Virus record (IMG/VR): IMGVR_UViG_3300025137_005045
Length of the DNA stretch: 64,000 nt
Reading direction: 5' to 3' (one strand)
Source of the DNA: a virus
Taxonomy: Duplodnaviria; Caudoviricetes
In this document: positions 29,288-39,536 of the stretch, one piece after another
How positions within the stretch are numbered: position 1 is the first letter of the stretch
How the letters are laid out: each line of letters opens with the position of its first letter
Position numbers and translations under genes: made by a program
Notes under the pieces: generated by a model
Told to the model about the DNA's origin: nothing
The model's database searches: none
Seen by the model: the letters and a program-made list of their open reading frames with translations, nothing else

Positions 29288-29340
29288 TAAAACAAATTTA
29301 ATTGGTTGACCATAAAATACAAATGTCGTATAATGTGTAC

Positions 29341-29568
29341 ATGAAAGTTTTATTATTAGTATTGTTATTAAGTGGATGTTCTGCATATTCACATAAACCA
29401 GCACCGGATTCGGTAGCTATAATGCCAAATGATTGTGCTAACGAACAAGCATTAACAAACTATCTTGAACAACAAATAGAGAGGACAGATGATGAAGCTA
29501 CTAAACGTCGCTACAAGCATCGTCTTTGGGACTTCCGTTATAATTGCAACCTCGTTGCAAGCAAATGA
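29341..29568 (+). CDS. Small lipoprotein
   Basis: Lipobox LSGC; promoter TTGACC-N17-TATAAT at 29306-29334. Confidence 0.7.
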   Translation: MKVLLLVLLLSGCSAYSHKPAPDSVAIMPNDCANEQALTNYLEQQIERTDDEATKRRYKHRLWDFRYNCNLVASK

Positions 29569-29815
29569 ACGGGAACCAATGGACTTTGAAGATTTAGATC
29601 ATTTTCAAATTGATTGTAATTTAAAGAAAGAGCAGACAGAGTTTTTAAATTCAATGAGAACTAAAAATAAAACGTGGGCCCGATTTCAGTGGAAATTTAT
29701 GCCGTGGCAAGCTGTTACTGATCACAAGGGATATTCAAAAAATAAAAGGCAAGCAACAGGAGCATACGATTGGGTGATAAATCAACACTTACACACTATA
29801 GCATCGCAGTGCTAA
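29489..29815 (+). CDS. Hypothetical secreted protein
   Basis: Signal-like N-terminus. Confidence 0.6.
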   Translation: MMKLLNVATSIVFGTSVIIATSLQANEREPMDFEDLDHFQIDCNLKKEQTEFLNSMRTKNKTWARFQWKFMPWQAVTDHKGYSKNKRQATGAYDWVINQHLHTIASQC

Positions 29816-30348
29816 TTGCATGTAGTGCAAATTTTGCACTTGCAGACTGTAATGTTAAGTCAAATATTGTAACTAATGCAACTTTAGACAATTTCGATAT
29901 AAAAAATAAAACTGATTTTGAATTTATAACAGTTGACAACGGAAAGAGAGCGTGTAAAGCTACTATTAGAACTTCATTTAATGGAACTCCTATTACAATT
30001 ACTGAACAAGCAATAATGCAAAGTGGTGTACATATATTAGAAACATGTAAACTAGCAGAAGCACAATCAATAGAACAATTAATTAAGCGTGTCGGCGAAG
30101 TTAGCATCACCGCTCGTAGTGAAATGAACTGTGATGAAAGTGAGAATACAATGTTCTCTCCTAAAGTTGGTAACATAGGAAAGTTAACACAATTTAAGAA
30201 AGATGGAAAATATAATAGAACATTTGTACATCAAGGATCAGAATGTATTTGGTTCAATGATGTTGAGTGGACCGGAGAGCTACATCAAGCTAACGGAATT
30301 GCATGTAAGTTAACAGATGATAATTATGTTGTGGTTGACAAATTTTAA
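29770..30348 (+). CDS. Hypothetical secreted Cys-containing protein
   Basis: Signal-like N-terminus ending ALA; paired Cys. Confidence 0.65.
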   Translation: MGDKSTLTHYSIAVLIACSANFALADCNVKSNIVTNATLDNFDIKNKTDFEFITVDNGKRACKATIRTSFNGTPITITEQAIMQSGVHILETCKLAEAQSIEQLIKRVGEVSITARSEMNCDESENTMFSPKVGNIGKLTQFKKDGKYNRTFVHQGSECIWFNDVEWTGELHQANGIACKLTDDNYVVVDKF

Positions 30349-30395
30349 GTTTGGTGTTATACTAACAAGGTATTTTAAATAAGGAAGGTACAATT

Positions 30396-31049
30396 ATGGA
30401 TATTCGTAAACTAATAGGAGCAGTGAGTGTGTTGGCACTTGTAGGTTGTGCTAGTGCTCCACAAGGTCCAGCTGAGGTAGCAGTACAAAAAACAATTGAT
30501 GATATACCTAAATGGTATGTTGAGCTACCTGAAGTTGATGAAGATGAAAAAGTATTATATGTTGCAGGTACAGGTAAGAGTGGCATGCTGATGCTAGCAA
30601 AAGATAAAGCTATTCTAGATGTTGAAAAACAACTAGCTAACAAAATATCAGCAAAGGTTAGCTCACGTTTCAAACAGTATATCAGAGAAGTTGGTGCTGG
30701 TACACCGTTAACTATTCAGGACAACGAACAGGTTGTTAAGAAATTAGTTACAGAAGCAAATGTTGCAGGTTATATCAATGAAGATCATGAAATACAACGT
30801 GAAGGTGATCAGTATCGTGTTTATATCCTGGCAAAGTATCCAATTGAGGATAATACACTAAGAGCTATTGCACAAACTGAACAATTGATCAACAAGTTCA
30901 AAGGCGACAAGGATAAAGCATTTAAAGAACTTGATAGAGAAATTGATGCTAATAGAGATGGTGGAGCACCAACTTATGCAACACCTGAAGCATCTGAAGT
31001 TAGTTTTAATGAAATATCAGAAGTACAAGTATTTCCATTAGCTAACTAG
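30396..31049 (+). CDS. LPP20-like lipoprotein
   Basis: Lipobox LVGC; PKWY..YVAGTG; promoter TTGACA-N17-TATACT at 30335-30363. Confidence 0.7.
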   Translation: MDIRKLIGAVSVLALVGCASAPQGPAEVAVQKTIDDIPKWYVELPEVDEDEKVLYVAGTGKSGMLMLAKDKAILDVEKQLANKISAKVSSRFKQYIREVGAGTPLTIQDNEQVVKKLVTEANVAGYINEDHEIQREGDQYRVYILAKYPIEDNTLRAIAQTEQLINKFKGDKDKAFKELDREIDANRDGGAPTYATPEASEVSFNEISEVQVFPLAN

Positions 31050-31081
31050 TAAAAGCTACAGGGCAGTCGACGGCCCAAAGG

Positions 31082-31106
31082 AGCCCACTTCGGTGGGTTT
31101 CTTTTT
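31082..31106 (+). terminator. Terminator between convergent genes
   Basis: AGCCCAC-TTCG-GTGGGTT plus T run. Confidence 0.85.
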
Positions 31107-31108
31107 GA

Positions 31109-31933
31109 CTATTGTAAGTTATATTTTTCCATTAATTCCCAAGGTAGGCTAGTTACAGACTCTCTGCCTTCGAAGTGACAGTATGCTAACCAATGTTGCC
31201 AAGCACGTACCTGATCTGGATCTGGATAGTAAGGATTTTCTATTTCTGATAAATCTTGTGAACACATTTCGTTAGCGGCACACGGTGCTGATGTAAACGT
31301 GGGTATTCCATAACCAATTGCTTCAACAGCGGCCATGCTATTATATGTAACCAGAGCAAAGATCTTGTCACGATCAAATTGATGATATATGCTATTTTTT
31401 TCAATTCTGAGTTGACGTATTGGTCTATCTCTAATAATAATAGGACGATCAGTATATTTCTTTATTTCTGCTATAGTTTTCTCAAACCAATCTTTAAGAG
31501 AGTATCCATAATAAAAACAACTCTTATTTGCCGCTGGTGCTATTAAGATTGCACGACCATCTCGTTTCCATTTAGAAAATCTTAAAGGATGAGAATGACC
31601 AGCTGATTCCACTAACTCACACTGTGACTCAAACCTATCATCAGGTAAATCATACCTAGGCTTACTATGTTGTATATCGTTTGGTACCATACGAACAAAA
31701 GATTTCCGAGGAGTTACATTGCCATAATAACCACAGTCCATATAGTACCAAGGTCTTCCAGTCTTCTTGGCTATATTAATTGCTTTACGATTACCAATAA
31801 AATTACGAAATAATGCCGGTGTGTCTACAGGTAATGTATCCAGATCTTTTCTTGAACAAAAAGTTATATTGTTCATATGATCGTTCATAGCATTAATGAA
31901 AACATCGTCTCGGTCTATTGATAGTAGTTTCAT
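31109..31933 (-). CDS. Capsule-synthesis/glycosyltransferase-like protein
   Basis: WYYMDCGY, IRDRP, TYNSMAAVEA; paralogue of 46855..47805. Confidence 0.55.
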   Translation of the reverse strand: MKLLSIDRDDVFINAMNDHMNNITFCSRKDLDTLPVDTPALFRNFIGNRKAINIAKKTGRPWYYMDCGYYGNVTPRKSFVRMVPNDIQHSKPRYDLPDDRFESQCELVESAGHSHPLRFSKWKRDGRAILIAPAANKSCFYYGYSLKDWFEKTIAEIKKYTDRPIIIRDRPIRQLRIEKNSIYHQFDRDKIFALVTYNSMAAVEAIGYGIPTFTSAPCAANEMCSQDLSEIENPYYPDPDQVRAWQHWLAYCHFEGRESVTSLPWELMEKYNLQ

Positions 31934-32751
31934 AATTTAGGTTGCTGTTCCATCCAATTAAATAAATTATTATATTCTGTTTTATAGTCTTTCCAATATG
32001 TCATTATTTCAGTATAACAATTTAACACATTATCTACAGATTTAACATAAGGAATATCTATTCCAGCAGTAGAAAATAATGCCTGATTTTTCCAAGTGTT
32101 TCCTTCGACTACCACAAAAGGACATCGTGCTTTACAGGCCGCATACATTTCGTGATGTCTTGATGTTATAAAAATATCTGCGTTTCTAAGTGTATTTACA
32201 ATATGATTCCAGTTGTCTTTAAAAATATCAACAGTGGGAGCGTCTTCGAAACCACGATCAATTCCTGAGTTAGAATAGTTTTTACCTATCACTATTCTCT
32301 TTTTGGGTTTATTCTGGACAGGCACATCAATCCAATAACTACAATCTAAATGTATTTCACTATCAATGTTGTATTCTTTTAAAAAACGTTGACTCATAAC
32401 TTCACGTACACTGACATAACTTTGCTGTAGGGCGTTTATGTGCGTCTTAGACAGTGACATGCCTTGAAATACTGAGTTAATTACGCTAGTTTTTTTACCT
32501 TGTTTTTGTGCTTTTACCAATATATCTAAAAATTCTAATGGAACACGTCTATCTGAGTGCATGGTCCCCTCACCATTTATCATGATATGTTCTGCTTGAT
32601 CAAATAGATTTTCATCGTAAGTAACTCTGTCTCTATTGCCTGGTATTGTGGCTATAATGTCGTAACGTGATTTAATATATTCAATCACTTTGGCACAGCC
32701 CGAATGATAGTTAGATGTGTCGTTAAACAATAGTGTTGAAGTTAACTTCAA
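31930..32751 (-). CDS. Polysaccharide pyruvyltransferase-family protein
   Basis: NGEGT, SVREVMS, FITSRHH motifs. Confidence 0.7.
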   Translation of the reverse strand: MKLTSTLLFNDTSNYHSGCAKVIEYIKSRYDIIATIPGNRDRVTYDENLFDQAEHIMINGEGTMHSDRRVPLEFLDILVKAQKQGKKTSVINSVFQGMSLSKTHINALQQSYVSVREVMSQRFLKEYNIDSEIHLDCSYWIDVPVQNKPKKRIVIGKNYSNSGIDRGFEDAPTVDIFKDNWNHIVNTLRNADIFITSRHHEMYAACKARCPFVVVEGNTWKNQALFSTAGIDIPYVKSVDNVLNCYTEIMTYWKDYKTEYNNLFNWMEQQPKL

Positions 32752-33278
32752 TTTATAGCAATCCTTTTAAATTTTGCTAATTTTAACATATATTCTCGCT
32801 CTCGTTCATAGTTGTGTTTTTCAGGTTGCTTGTACCAAGATTTAGTATACCAAGTCGGAGTAGCTTTCCAATCGAATCCGTACACATTAATATGTTTAGG
32901 ATTATATTTTAGTAACCACCATAAGGTCATAAGTCCGCAACTAGGTCGATCTACCTTAACTATCGATTTAATTTCATTATTGGATTCTAACGGTATTTTA
33001 TAAAAAGATATGTTATAATCTACTTCCCTATTTTTGTTACTACAATGTATGATTGTATCTCTATCACTAATATCTCTTACTGAACTATCAAACTGCATAG
33101 GATCTGAAAATACAGCTAGATCACATCGTGTGCCATGACTTTGGGGTCTATTCAATGTGGTACCAGCATTAAGTTTTACTACCAAATCGTGCTGATCAAT
33201 TGCTTGACCAAAGTTCTGATCAAAAAGACTTTCGGCATTGCCGACTAATGCCATGTTAAGTCCAAGCTCTACTTTCAC
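32748..33278 (-). CDS. GT29 (sialyltransferase-like) glycosyltransferase
   Basis: ALVGNAESL..IDQHDLVVKLN..HGTRCD; PSCG; VYGFD; HNYERE. Confidence 0.7.
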   Translation of the reverse strand: MKVELGLNMALVGNAESLFDQNFGQAIDQHDLVVKLNAGTTLNRPQSHGTRCDLAVFSDPMQFDSSVRDISDRDTIIHCSNKNREVDYNISFYKIPLESNNEIKSIVKVDRPSCGLMTLWWLLKYNPKHINVYGFDWKATPTWYTKSWYKQPEKHNYEREREYMLKLAKFKRIAIN

Positions 33279-34360
33279 TATGCTGGGGTGAACTGATATA
33301 ATGCTTCGTTGGGTTTGCCTGTTGTAATGATTGCTGGTGTTGATGTTCGACGCCTAATTTTAAGAACGTCTTCTCCAGTCTTAACCACAGCCATGGTGTT
33401 AGCACCAAAGTTAATTGCGGCTAGTATTTGCCATTGACCACCTTCTCCACCTGCTTTATAATAATTGAAGTTAGCAACAGTGTATGCTTTAACTACTTCG
33501 AGTGGATCACTGTTAGGTCTAGCAAATGTACTAATTAATGGTCCTGCTTGTTGCCCAAACAGTTCACCAAATAGTTGAGTAGCTAGATTTTTTCTGGTAG
33601 GAGCATCTAAACCGGCGTTGTTGACTATTTCAGTAAAAGATTTAACATTTAAACTTTTTTGTTTTGATAATGCTTGTGCCAGTGGCTCTCTTAACTGTTC
33701 ATAACTGTTAATAATTTCTTGCATGCGTTCTCTAGTAGGAACAGATGTTGCTTCGCCGAAACGTCCACCACCTCCTCCACTTTTAGAAGCTTTAACTTCT
33801 ACAGGGACACCTTTAACAGCAACATCACCACCTGCTGATTTAAGTGTGATGTCTGGCGATAGTATAGCAAGTGCATGCTCTCCAGGGCCTTTCATTTGCT
33901 CACCTACACCATAATCTTTAAGATGATCGAATACTACGAGATTTTCAGGTTTGTTATAAGTTAAATCTTGTAACGTATGTTGTCCTGGTTTAAGTAGTAG
34001 CTCTGCATTAATAACTTGACCTGCTTTTAAATTATCAGCAAACTTCATTTTATCTTGATATCGCATAGGAACTTCTGAAATTTTACCTGCAATCTGTAAG
34101 ATTTTTTTATCTAATACTCGCTTGACTTTAGGATCACTGACTTGCCCGTACTCATTTGCTAATTCTTGAGCAACAATGTCTTTAAACTTGTCAAATGTTG
34201 ATTGTTGATTTAATAAAGAATAGATACGATCCAATACTTCTTCAACTTCTTCAGCTTTCTTAGGATCGTCTGGATCTGAATCTAGACCCATTAATCGTTT
34301 AATGATGTCTTGTTTCAGCATTTGAAGTTCATCCTCTTTTAATATTTCTCTAAATCTCAT
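33278..34360 (-). CDS. Hypothetical late protein with possible PD-(D/E)XK-like motif
   Basis: GPGE..GGDV..VEVKAS; minus-strand ATAAATA upstream. Confidence 0.5.
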   Translation of the reverse strand: MRFREILKEDELQMLKQDIIKRLMGLDSDPDDPKKAEEVEEVLDRIYSLLNQQSTFDKFKDIVAQELANEYGQVSDPKVKRVLDKKILQIAGKISEVPMRYQDKMKFADNLKAGQVINAELLLKPGQHTLQDLTYNKPENLVVFDHLKDYGVGEQMKGPGEHALAILSPDITLKSAGGDVAVKGVPVEVKASKSGGGGGRFGEATSVPTRERMQEIINSYEQLREPLAQALSKQKSLNVKSFTEIVNNAGLDAPTRKNLATQLFGELFGQQAGPLISTFARPNSDPLEVVKAYTVANFNYYKAGGEGGQWQILAAINFGANTMAVVKTGEDVLKIRRRTSTPAIITTGKPNEALYQFTPA

Positions 34361-34393
34361 CGCTATTCTCTATTTTAGATAAGTATTTATCTA

Positions 34394-35524
34394 ATGAAGA
34401 ATAACAACAAACATATCTGCTTTCATCCTTGGGCAGGAATAGATATTAATGCACAACAAGAATTTAAACCTTGTTGTAAGATTGACGAATCATTTGGAAA
34501 CACGCTTGAAGAGTATCTTAATAATCCTGAACTAGCTAATATGAAAGAGCAGTTTCTTAAAGGAAATAAGCCTGTAGAATGTCAAAGATGTTGGCAAGAT
34601 GAGGATGCTGGTCTCGCTAGCAAGAGGCAACTAGACTGGGAACAAGTCTATAATAAACAGGTTCCCAAAGATGTTGGCATCCGTGTTGCTATGTTAACAT
34701 TTGGGAATAGCTGTAATCTTAAGTGTCGAACTTGTGGTAGTTTCGCATCAAGTAGTTGGATCAAAGAAGAAAAAAAATTATTTCCAGAGCACACAATTTA
34801 TCCACACAATAGTTACTATAAAGATATTAACTATCAGTCTGAGATAGCAGAGATAGCCAAAAAAGTAACATATGTTTATATTGCAGGAGGGGAGCCTTTC
34901 TTAAGCACAGATTTAAAATATCATTCAGACTTTTTAGATTTATTGTTGGATCGTGCCGAACAAATAAGTCTGAAATATATAACAAATTGCACAGTAACTC
35001 CTAGTGATGAAATGTGGGAGAAATTTAAACGATTTAAGAATATAGAATTTCATTTAAGTATAGATGGTGTTGGATCAGTTTATGAGTATACACGATATCC
35101 TGCTAATTGGGAGAAAGTTCTAGAGAATATTAAAAGATATCAATCTTTAGCCAATAGTACTCCAAATTTTAAAATAAGTATAGGGCATACTGTTAGCGTG
35201 TTAAATGTTTATTATCTACCTGATTTTTTAATTTGGTGTTTGAAAAACAAGTTAGGCAAACCTTATCTAGGTATGGTATATGAAGAACCTCATTATAATA
35301 TTAGAAACTTGCCATTGGAAATAAAAAATATCATAAAAGATAGACTAAGACTATATTCAGTAAATGAAGTGGTTTCATTTATGCAAGAAAAAGATGATCA
35401 ACCCGAACAGTTTCGTAAATTTTTAAAGTATACCCAAATATTAGATCAAGAACGAAAATCTACAATGGAACAAAGTTTACCAGAATTTTATAATATGTTA
35501 ATGGATCACGGCATAAAATATTAA
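34394..35524 (+). CDS. Radical SAM protein with N-terminal SPASM/twitch-like Cys cluster
   Basis: CNLKCRTC; GGEPF; CFHPW..CC. Confidence 0.9.
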   Translation: MKNNNKHICFHPWAGIDINAQQEFKPCCKIDESFGNTLEEYLNNPELANMKEQFLKGNKPVECQRCWQDEDAGLASKRQLDWEQVYNKQVPKDVGIRVAMLTFGNSCNLKCRTCGSFASSSWIKEEKKLFPEHTIYPHNSYYKDINYQSEIAEIAKKVTYVYIAGGEPFLSTDLKYHSDFLDLLLDRAEQISLKYITNCTVTPSDEMWEKFKRFKNIEFHLSIDGVGSVYEYTRYPANWEKVLENIKRYQSLANSTPNFKISIGHTVSVLNVYYLPDFLIWCLKNKLGKPYLGMVYEEPHYNIRNLPLEIKNIIKDRLRLYSVNEVVSFMQEKDDQPEQFRKFLKYTQILDQERKSTMEQSLPEFYNMLMDHGIKY

Positions 35525-35593
35525 TCAAAGCCACTTGCGTTTTAAGACAAATGATCATATAATTTTATTATATAAAATACGATAGGAATAATT

Positions 35594-36178
35594 ATGCCAC
35601 ATTTAGTACCAATAGTAGTTGAAAAAACACCACAAGGTGAACGAAGTTATGACATATACTCTAGACTGTTAAAAGATCGTATTGTGATGTTAGATACTGA
35701 TGTGAACTCAGCAAGTGCAAGTGCTGTTGTGGCACAGATGTTATTCTTAGAAGCTGATGATCCAGATAGAGACATACTGTTTTATATTAATTCACCAGGC
35801 GGGTCAGTGACTGCGGGCATGAGTATATATGATACCATGCAGTATATCAAACCAGACGTAACAACTATTGTTATGGGACAAGCGGCCAGTATGGGTTCAC
35901 TACTAGCAATGAGTGGTGCTAAAGATAAACGTTTTATCTTACCAAATGCTAGACACATGATACATCAACCAAGTGGTGGTGCACAAGGTATGGTTAGTGA
36001 TATTGAGATCACATACAAAGAAATTACACGCTGGAAAGATACATTAACCAAAGTATACGAAAAACATACAGGCAAACCTTATACACAATTAGAAATGGAC
36101 ATGGACAGAGATACTTTTATGTCAGCTGAAGAAGCAGTTTCTTATGGACTAGCCGATAAGGTCATTGAGAATAGATAA
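35594..36178 (+). CDS. clpP: ClpP protease subunit
   Basis: [29 protein letters not shown]. Confidence 0.97.
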   Translation: MPHLVPIVVEKTPQGERSYDIYSRLLKDRIVMLDTDVNSASASAVVAQMLFLEADDPDRDILFYINSPGGSVTAGMSIYDTMQYIKPDVTTIVMGQAASMGSLLAMSGAKDKRFILPNARHMIHQPSGGAQGMVSDIEITYKEITRWKDTLTKVYEKHTGKPYTQLEMDMDRDTFMSAEEAVSYGLADKVIENR

Positions 36179-37302
36179 TGTTATTTGAATTGAAATACCA
36201 TAGTGACTTTCCTATTAGTCAAAATGATGTTTCAATCGAAATAGATGGGCATCTTGTTGATTATAAATTTGATAATACAACAATAACATTTATTTGGGGG
36301 TTAGACTTTGGTATTCATTTTATCAAAATACGTAATCTAAATCCTGCTACACTAAAGATAGAAGATCTTTTTTATAACAAAGATAGTTTAAGACACTTGC
36401 TTTATCTTGCATATCTTGGTCAAGATAATAACAAAAAAGATAGTACTTGGGTCAAACAGGAAGACGGACCTCTTACTATTCCATTTGGATATCCGTTAGG
36501 TTGGTGGTTTTCAAAATGTGCTACTCAGTTAAAGAATGGTGATGTGGGTAACGATTTATACCAAAAGTATCGAATATTTTATCCAGACAGGAAAGAAATC
36601 TCAAAAATATATTCAAGATTTATACAAGACTTTTTTAAATATGATTTTGATTTCACAATAATTCCTAAGAAAGAGTTTCATAATCCGTTGCATAGTAAAA
36701 GTGTCCCCTACATACCCATTGATCTAGATTATGATCAAGATGGATTATTTGAAGAGTTTGACAATAAACAAGATATACTATTCGACGGAACTTATTCGCC
36801 GTCCCAAAAAAAATATAACTCGCAATGGAAACTATCAATGTGTGTGCCTATGAGCTTACAAAATCAGACTGACGTTAAAGCCTGGAAGAACGGATATATT
36901 TACGAACCTGATCAATTTCCGTTGCTCTATCAGTTGCTTGATAAAATATCTGATCTAGGTGATGTGTATATCTATCATGCGTTCATTGGTTTAGTTGAAC
37001 CAAACACCAGAGTAGACCCGCATAAAGACGATTTAAGTAATAGCAATCGAAAACTTGGATATGATGTTGAAGGACTTTGTCAAATTTTTATCCCTATTAA
37101 TTGGAAAGAAGGCAACTATTATAAATTTGCAGGCGTAGGATTAATTGATTACAATCAAGGTGCAGTAATATCTAATAACCATAACTATGTGCATGCTTCA
37201 ATAAATGACAGCGATAGTGCCAGATATACTATTGGTATATACTGTAAGTTCACCGGAAATAATATATTAAATACTGTAAGTTCACAGGAAATAATATATT
37301 AA
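36178..37302 (+). CDS. Protein with C-terminal Asp/Asn beta-hydroxylase-like 2OG domain
   Basis: VDPHKD (HxD), QIFIPI, HNYVHASIN. Confidence 0.6.
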   Translation: MLFELKYHSDFPISQNDVSIEIDGHLVDYKFDNTTITFIWGLDFGIHFIKIRNLNPATLKIEDLFYNKDSLRHLLYLAYLGQDNNKKDSTWVKQEDGPLTIPFGYPLGWWFSKCATQLKNGDVGNDLYQKYRIFYPDRKEISKIYSRFIQDFFKYDFDFTIIPKKEFHNPLHSKSVPYIPIDLDYDQDGLFEEFDNKQDILFDGTYSPSQKKYNSQWKLSMCVPMSLQNQTDVKAWKNGYIYEPDQFPLLYQLLDKISDLGDVYIYHAFIGLVEPNTRVDPHKDDLSNSNRKLGYDVEGLCQIFIPINWKEGNYYKFAGVGLIDYNQGAVISNNHNYVHASINDSDSARYTIGIYCKFTGNNILNTVSSQEIIY

Positions 37303-38601
37303 ATGTCAAATAAAAGTGTATTTTGTAATACGCCTTGGTATGAGGCACATATCTACTGGAATGGCGATCTAGGTATTTGCTGTCAGGAAAGTCACAAATT
37401 ATATTCATCAGAAGAAAGCCAATATAATATTAAAAATATGTCCTTGAAAGATTGGTTTAATAGTGAGCCAGTAAGAAAATTAAGGAGAGACATACTTAGT
37501 AACGAAAGATTTGATCTATGTAGTATGTGCTATAAGGAACAAGAGGTTGGTGGTACCAGTCGACGACATCGATCAAATCAAAAAAGTGCAATTTTTACTG
37601 AATCAGCATTTGATCAGAGTTATCAACAAAGTCCTGGACTAATATATTTTGAACACAGTCGTAATCATAACGGATACTCAAATACACTACCAATTGATCT
37701 ACATATTGATCTAGGTAACTATTGTAATCTTGCTTGTAAAATGTGTTGGGCCGGAGCTTCAACAAAAATTGCTACGCAACATGTAAAATGGGGAATACAA
37801 GAAGATAAAAAATATCTAAAAAATGACTGGACAAAAGATAAGGTCGTTTGGAACAGATTTTTAAATGACCTATTAGAGATTCCTAAATTAAAGAATATAC
37901 ATTTAATGGGGGGAGAAACTCTACTTACTAAAAAGTTTGAGGAAATGGTTGACTTTATGATTGCTCATAAACGATTTGACCTTAATTGGAGTTTTGTCAC
38001 TAACGGAACAGTATTTAATCAGCCATTGATGGATAAACTGAAACAATTTCAGAGAGTTGGTATTGAAGTTAGTATCGAAACTGCATCACCACATAATCAA
38101 TATGTACGTCAAGGTACAGATAATAGTGTAGTAATGGAAACCATAAACAAATATTTAGAATATAACAATGAATATTTTTCAGTTACTTTACGTCCTGCTA
38201 TTTCAGCATTAACTGTTGGCTACTATGATACTCTATTAGAGTTTGCTATCAAAAAGAAATTGCTTATAAAAAGTTTAATTGTTTCTACTCCAGCCTATTT
38301 AGATATTAACAGTTTACCACTGTCAGTTAAACACGAATATCAAAAAAAATATCGTAAATTATTAGAAAAATTTAAAGAAATAGATAGCTCAAGTGAATTT
38401 AATCAAAGCGATACTGCCAATTATCAACAAAGTATTTTAATGCAAATTAATCAGGTAATAACATTATTAGAAAGAAATCACGATAATAAAAAATTTAAAG
38501 ATTTGGTCAAGCATTGTCAACGATGGGATCAAGAACTTGGTCTTGACGCATTAGAATTGTATCCAGAGTTGGGAGAAGAATTTAAAAAACATGGATACTA
38601 G
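37303..38601 (+). CDS. Radical SAM protein with N-terminal SPASM/twitch-like Cys cluster
   Basis: CNLACKMC; MGGE; CNTPW..CC. Confidence 0.9.
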   Translation: MSNKSVFCNTPWYEAHIYWNGDLGICCQESHKLYSSEESQYNIKNMSLKDWFNSEPVRKLRRDILSNERFDLCSMCYKEQEVGGTSRRHRSNQKSAIFTESAFDQSYQQSPGLIYFEHSRNHNGYSNTLPIDLHIDLGNYCNLACKMCWAGASTKIATQHVKWGIQEDKKYLKNDWTKDKVVWNRFLNDLLEIPKLKNIHLMGGETLLTKKFEEMVDFMIAHKRFDLNWSFVTNGTVFNQPLMDKLKQFQRVGIEVSIETASPHNQYVRQGTDNSVVMETINKYLEYNNEYFSVTLRPAISALTVGYYDTLLEFAIKKKLLIKSLIVSTPAYLDINSLPLSVKHEYQKKYRKLLEKFKEIDSSSEFNQSDTANYQQSILMQINQVITLLERNHDNKKFKDLVKHCQRWDQELGLDALELYPELGEEFKKHGY

Positions 38602-39031
38602 AATTGAAGTATTACTAAGTCAGAAGAGCTTTCATAGATATCCTACATGTCATGTCTCGTGTAACGGTCAAACTCAATCGCATACTGTAGACTGTCCAAT
38701 TTGGGTCGTATTTGATTTAGAACTATCGATTTCAGATACAGTGTCATTGGCTATAGAGCATTATGGTAAAACCAACAAAGATACTGATGTCGTTGGCAAT
38801 CGAGACACTGCTATTATAATTGAAGATATACGAATAAACGGAATCAGTGATCAAAGATTTATATGGAAAGGGTGGTATCATCCTGATTATCCTGAACACT
38901 ATGAACCCAAAATTCCTAAAATAACAAATGTAACTTATCTAGGTTTTAATGGTATTTGGACGCTTGACATTACTGCACCTTTATTCACCTGGATACATCA
39001 AACTCAAGGTATGGGTTGGCTATACGATTAA
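38591..39031 (+). CDS. Hypothetical protein
   Basis: ORF track; coupled to the radical SAM gene. Confidence 0.65.
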   Translation: MDTRIEVLLSQKSFHRYPTCHVSCNGQTQSHTVDCPIWVVFDLELSISDTVSLAIEHYGKTNKDTDVVGNRDTAIIIEDIRINGISDQRFIWKGWYHPDYPEHYEPKIPKITNVTYLGFNGIWTLDITAPLFTWIHQTQGMGWLYD

Positions 39032-39109
39032 TATTACCAAAATACCAAGTAAGAGTTGACTTTATAATCAAACGCCTATATAATACTGTTTATGTTGATA
39101 GTTAATGTC

Positions 39110-39125
39110 AACATGATATCATGTT
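39110..39125. promoter_or_regulatory. Perfect 16-bp palindrome, candidate operator
   Basis: AACATGATATCATGTT downstream of a sigma70 promoter (39056-39084). Confidence 0.5.
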
Positions 39126-39150
39126 AAAAACTAAATGGAGCATTATTAAA

Positions 39151-39417
39151 ATGGCTAGAACTAAAAAAGCAGTAATTAATTTAAACAAGGTTAAGAATCA
39201 AAAAGCATTCTTAGAATCATATCTACGTGGCACAGGTCGCACAATTTCTTCAGCTCAAGCTGTAGCAAATTATGGAATTATGCAATTACCAGCTAGAATA
39301 TCTGAACTACGTTCAGCAGGTATGATAGTTAAAACATCAACTAACTCATCAGGTAATACTTGTTATAAAGTTGTTGCACGTGATGTAAGTGGTTCACGTT
39401 CTAAGATCTTTGCTTAA
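39151..39417 (+). CDS. Winged helix-turn-helix DNA-binding protein
   Basis: ISSAQAVANYGIMQLPARISELR..G; SD GGAG before ATG 39151. Confidence 0.75.
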   Translation: MARTKKAVINLNKVKNQKAFLESYLRGTGRTISSAQAVANYGIMQLPARISELRSAGMIVKTSTNSSGNTCYKVVARDVSGSRSKIFA

Positions 39418-39442
39418 TCCTAATAGGCAATTCAAGTAGTTC

Positions 39443-39471
39443 AAAAAAGGGTTCGCATTGAGCCCTTTTTT
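39443..39471 (+). terminator. Rho-independent terminator
   Basis: AAAAAAGGGTTC-N5-GAGCCCTTTTTT. Confidence 0.85.
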
Positions 39472-39536
39472 ATTGACCATAAAATCATTTTCAAGTATAC
39501 TGCATATAAGTAAATACACATCACGGAGAAAAGATT

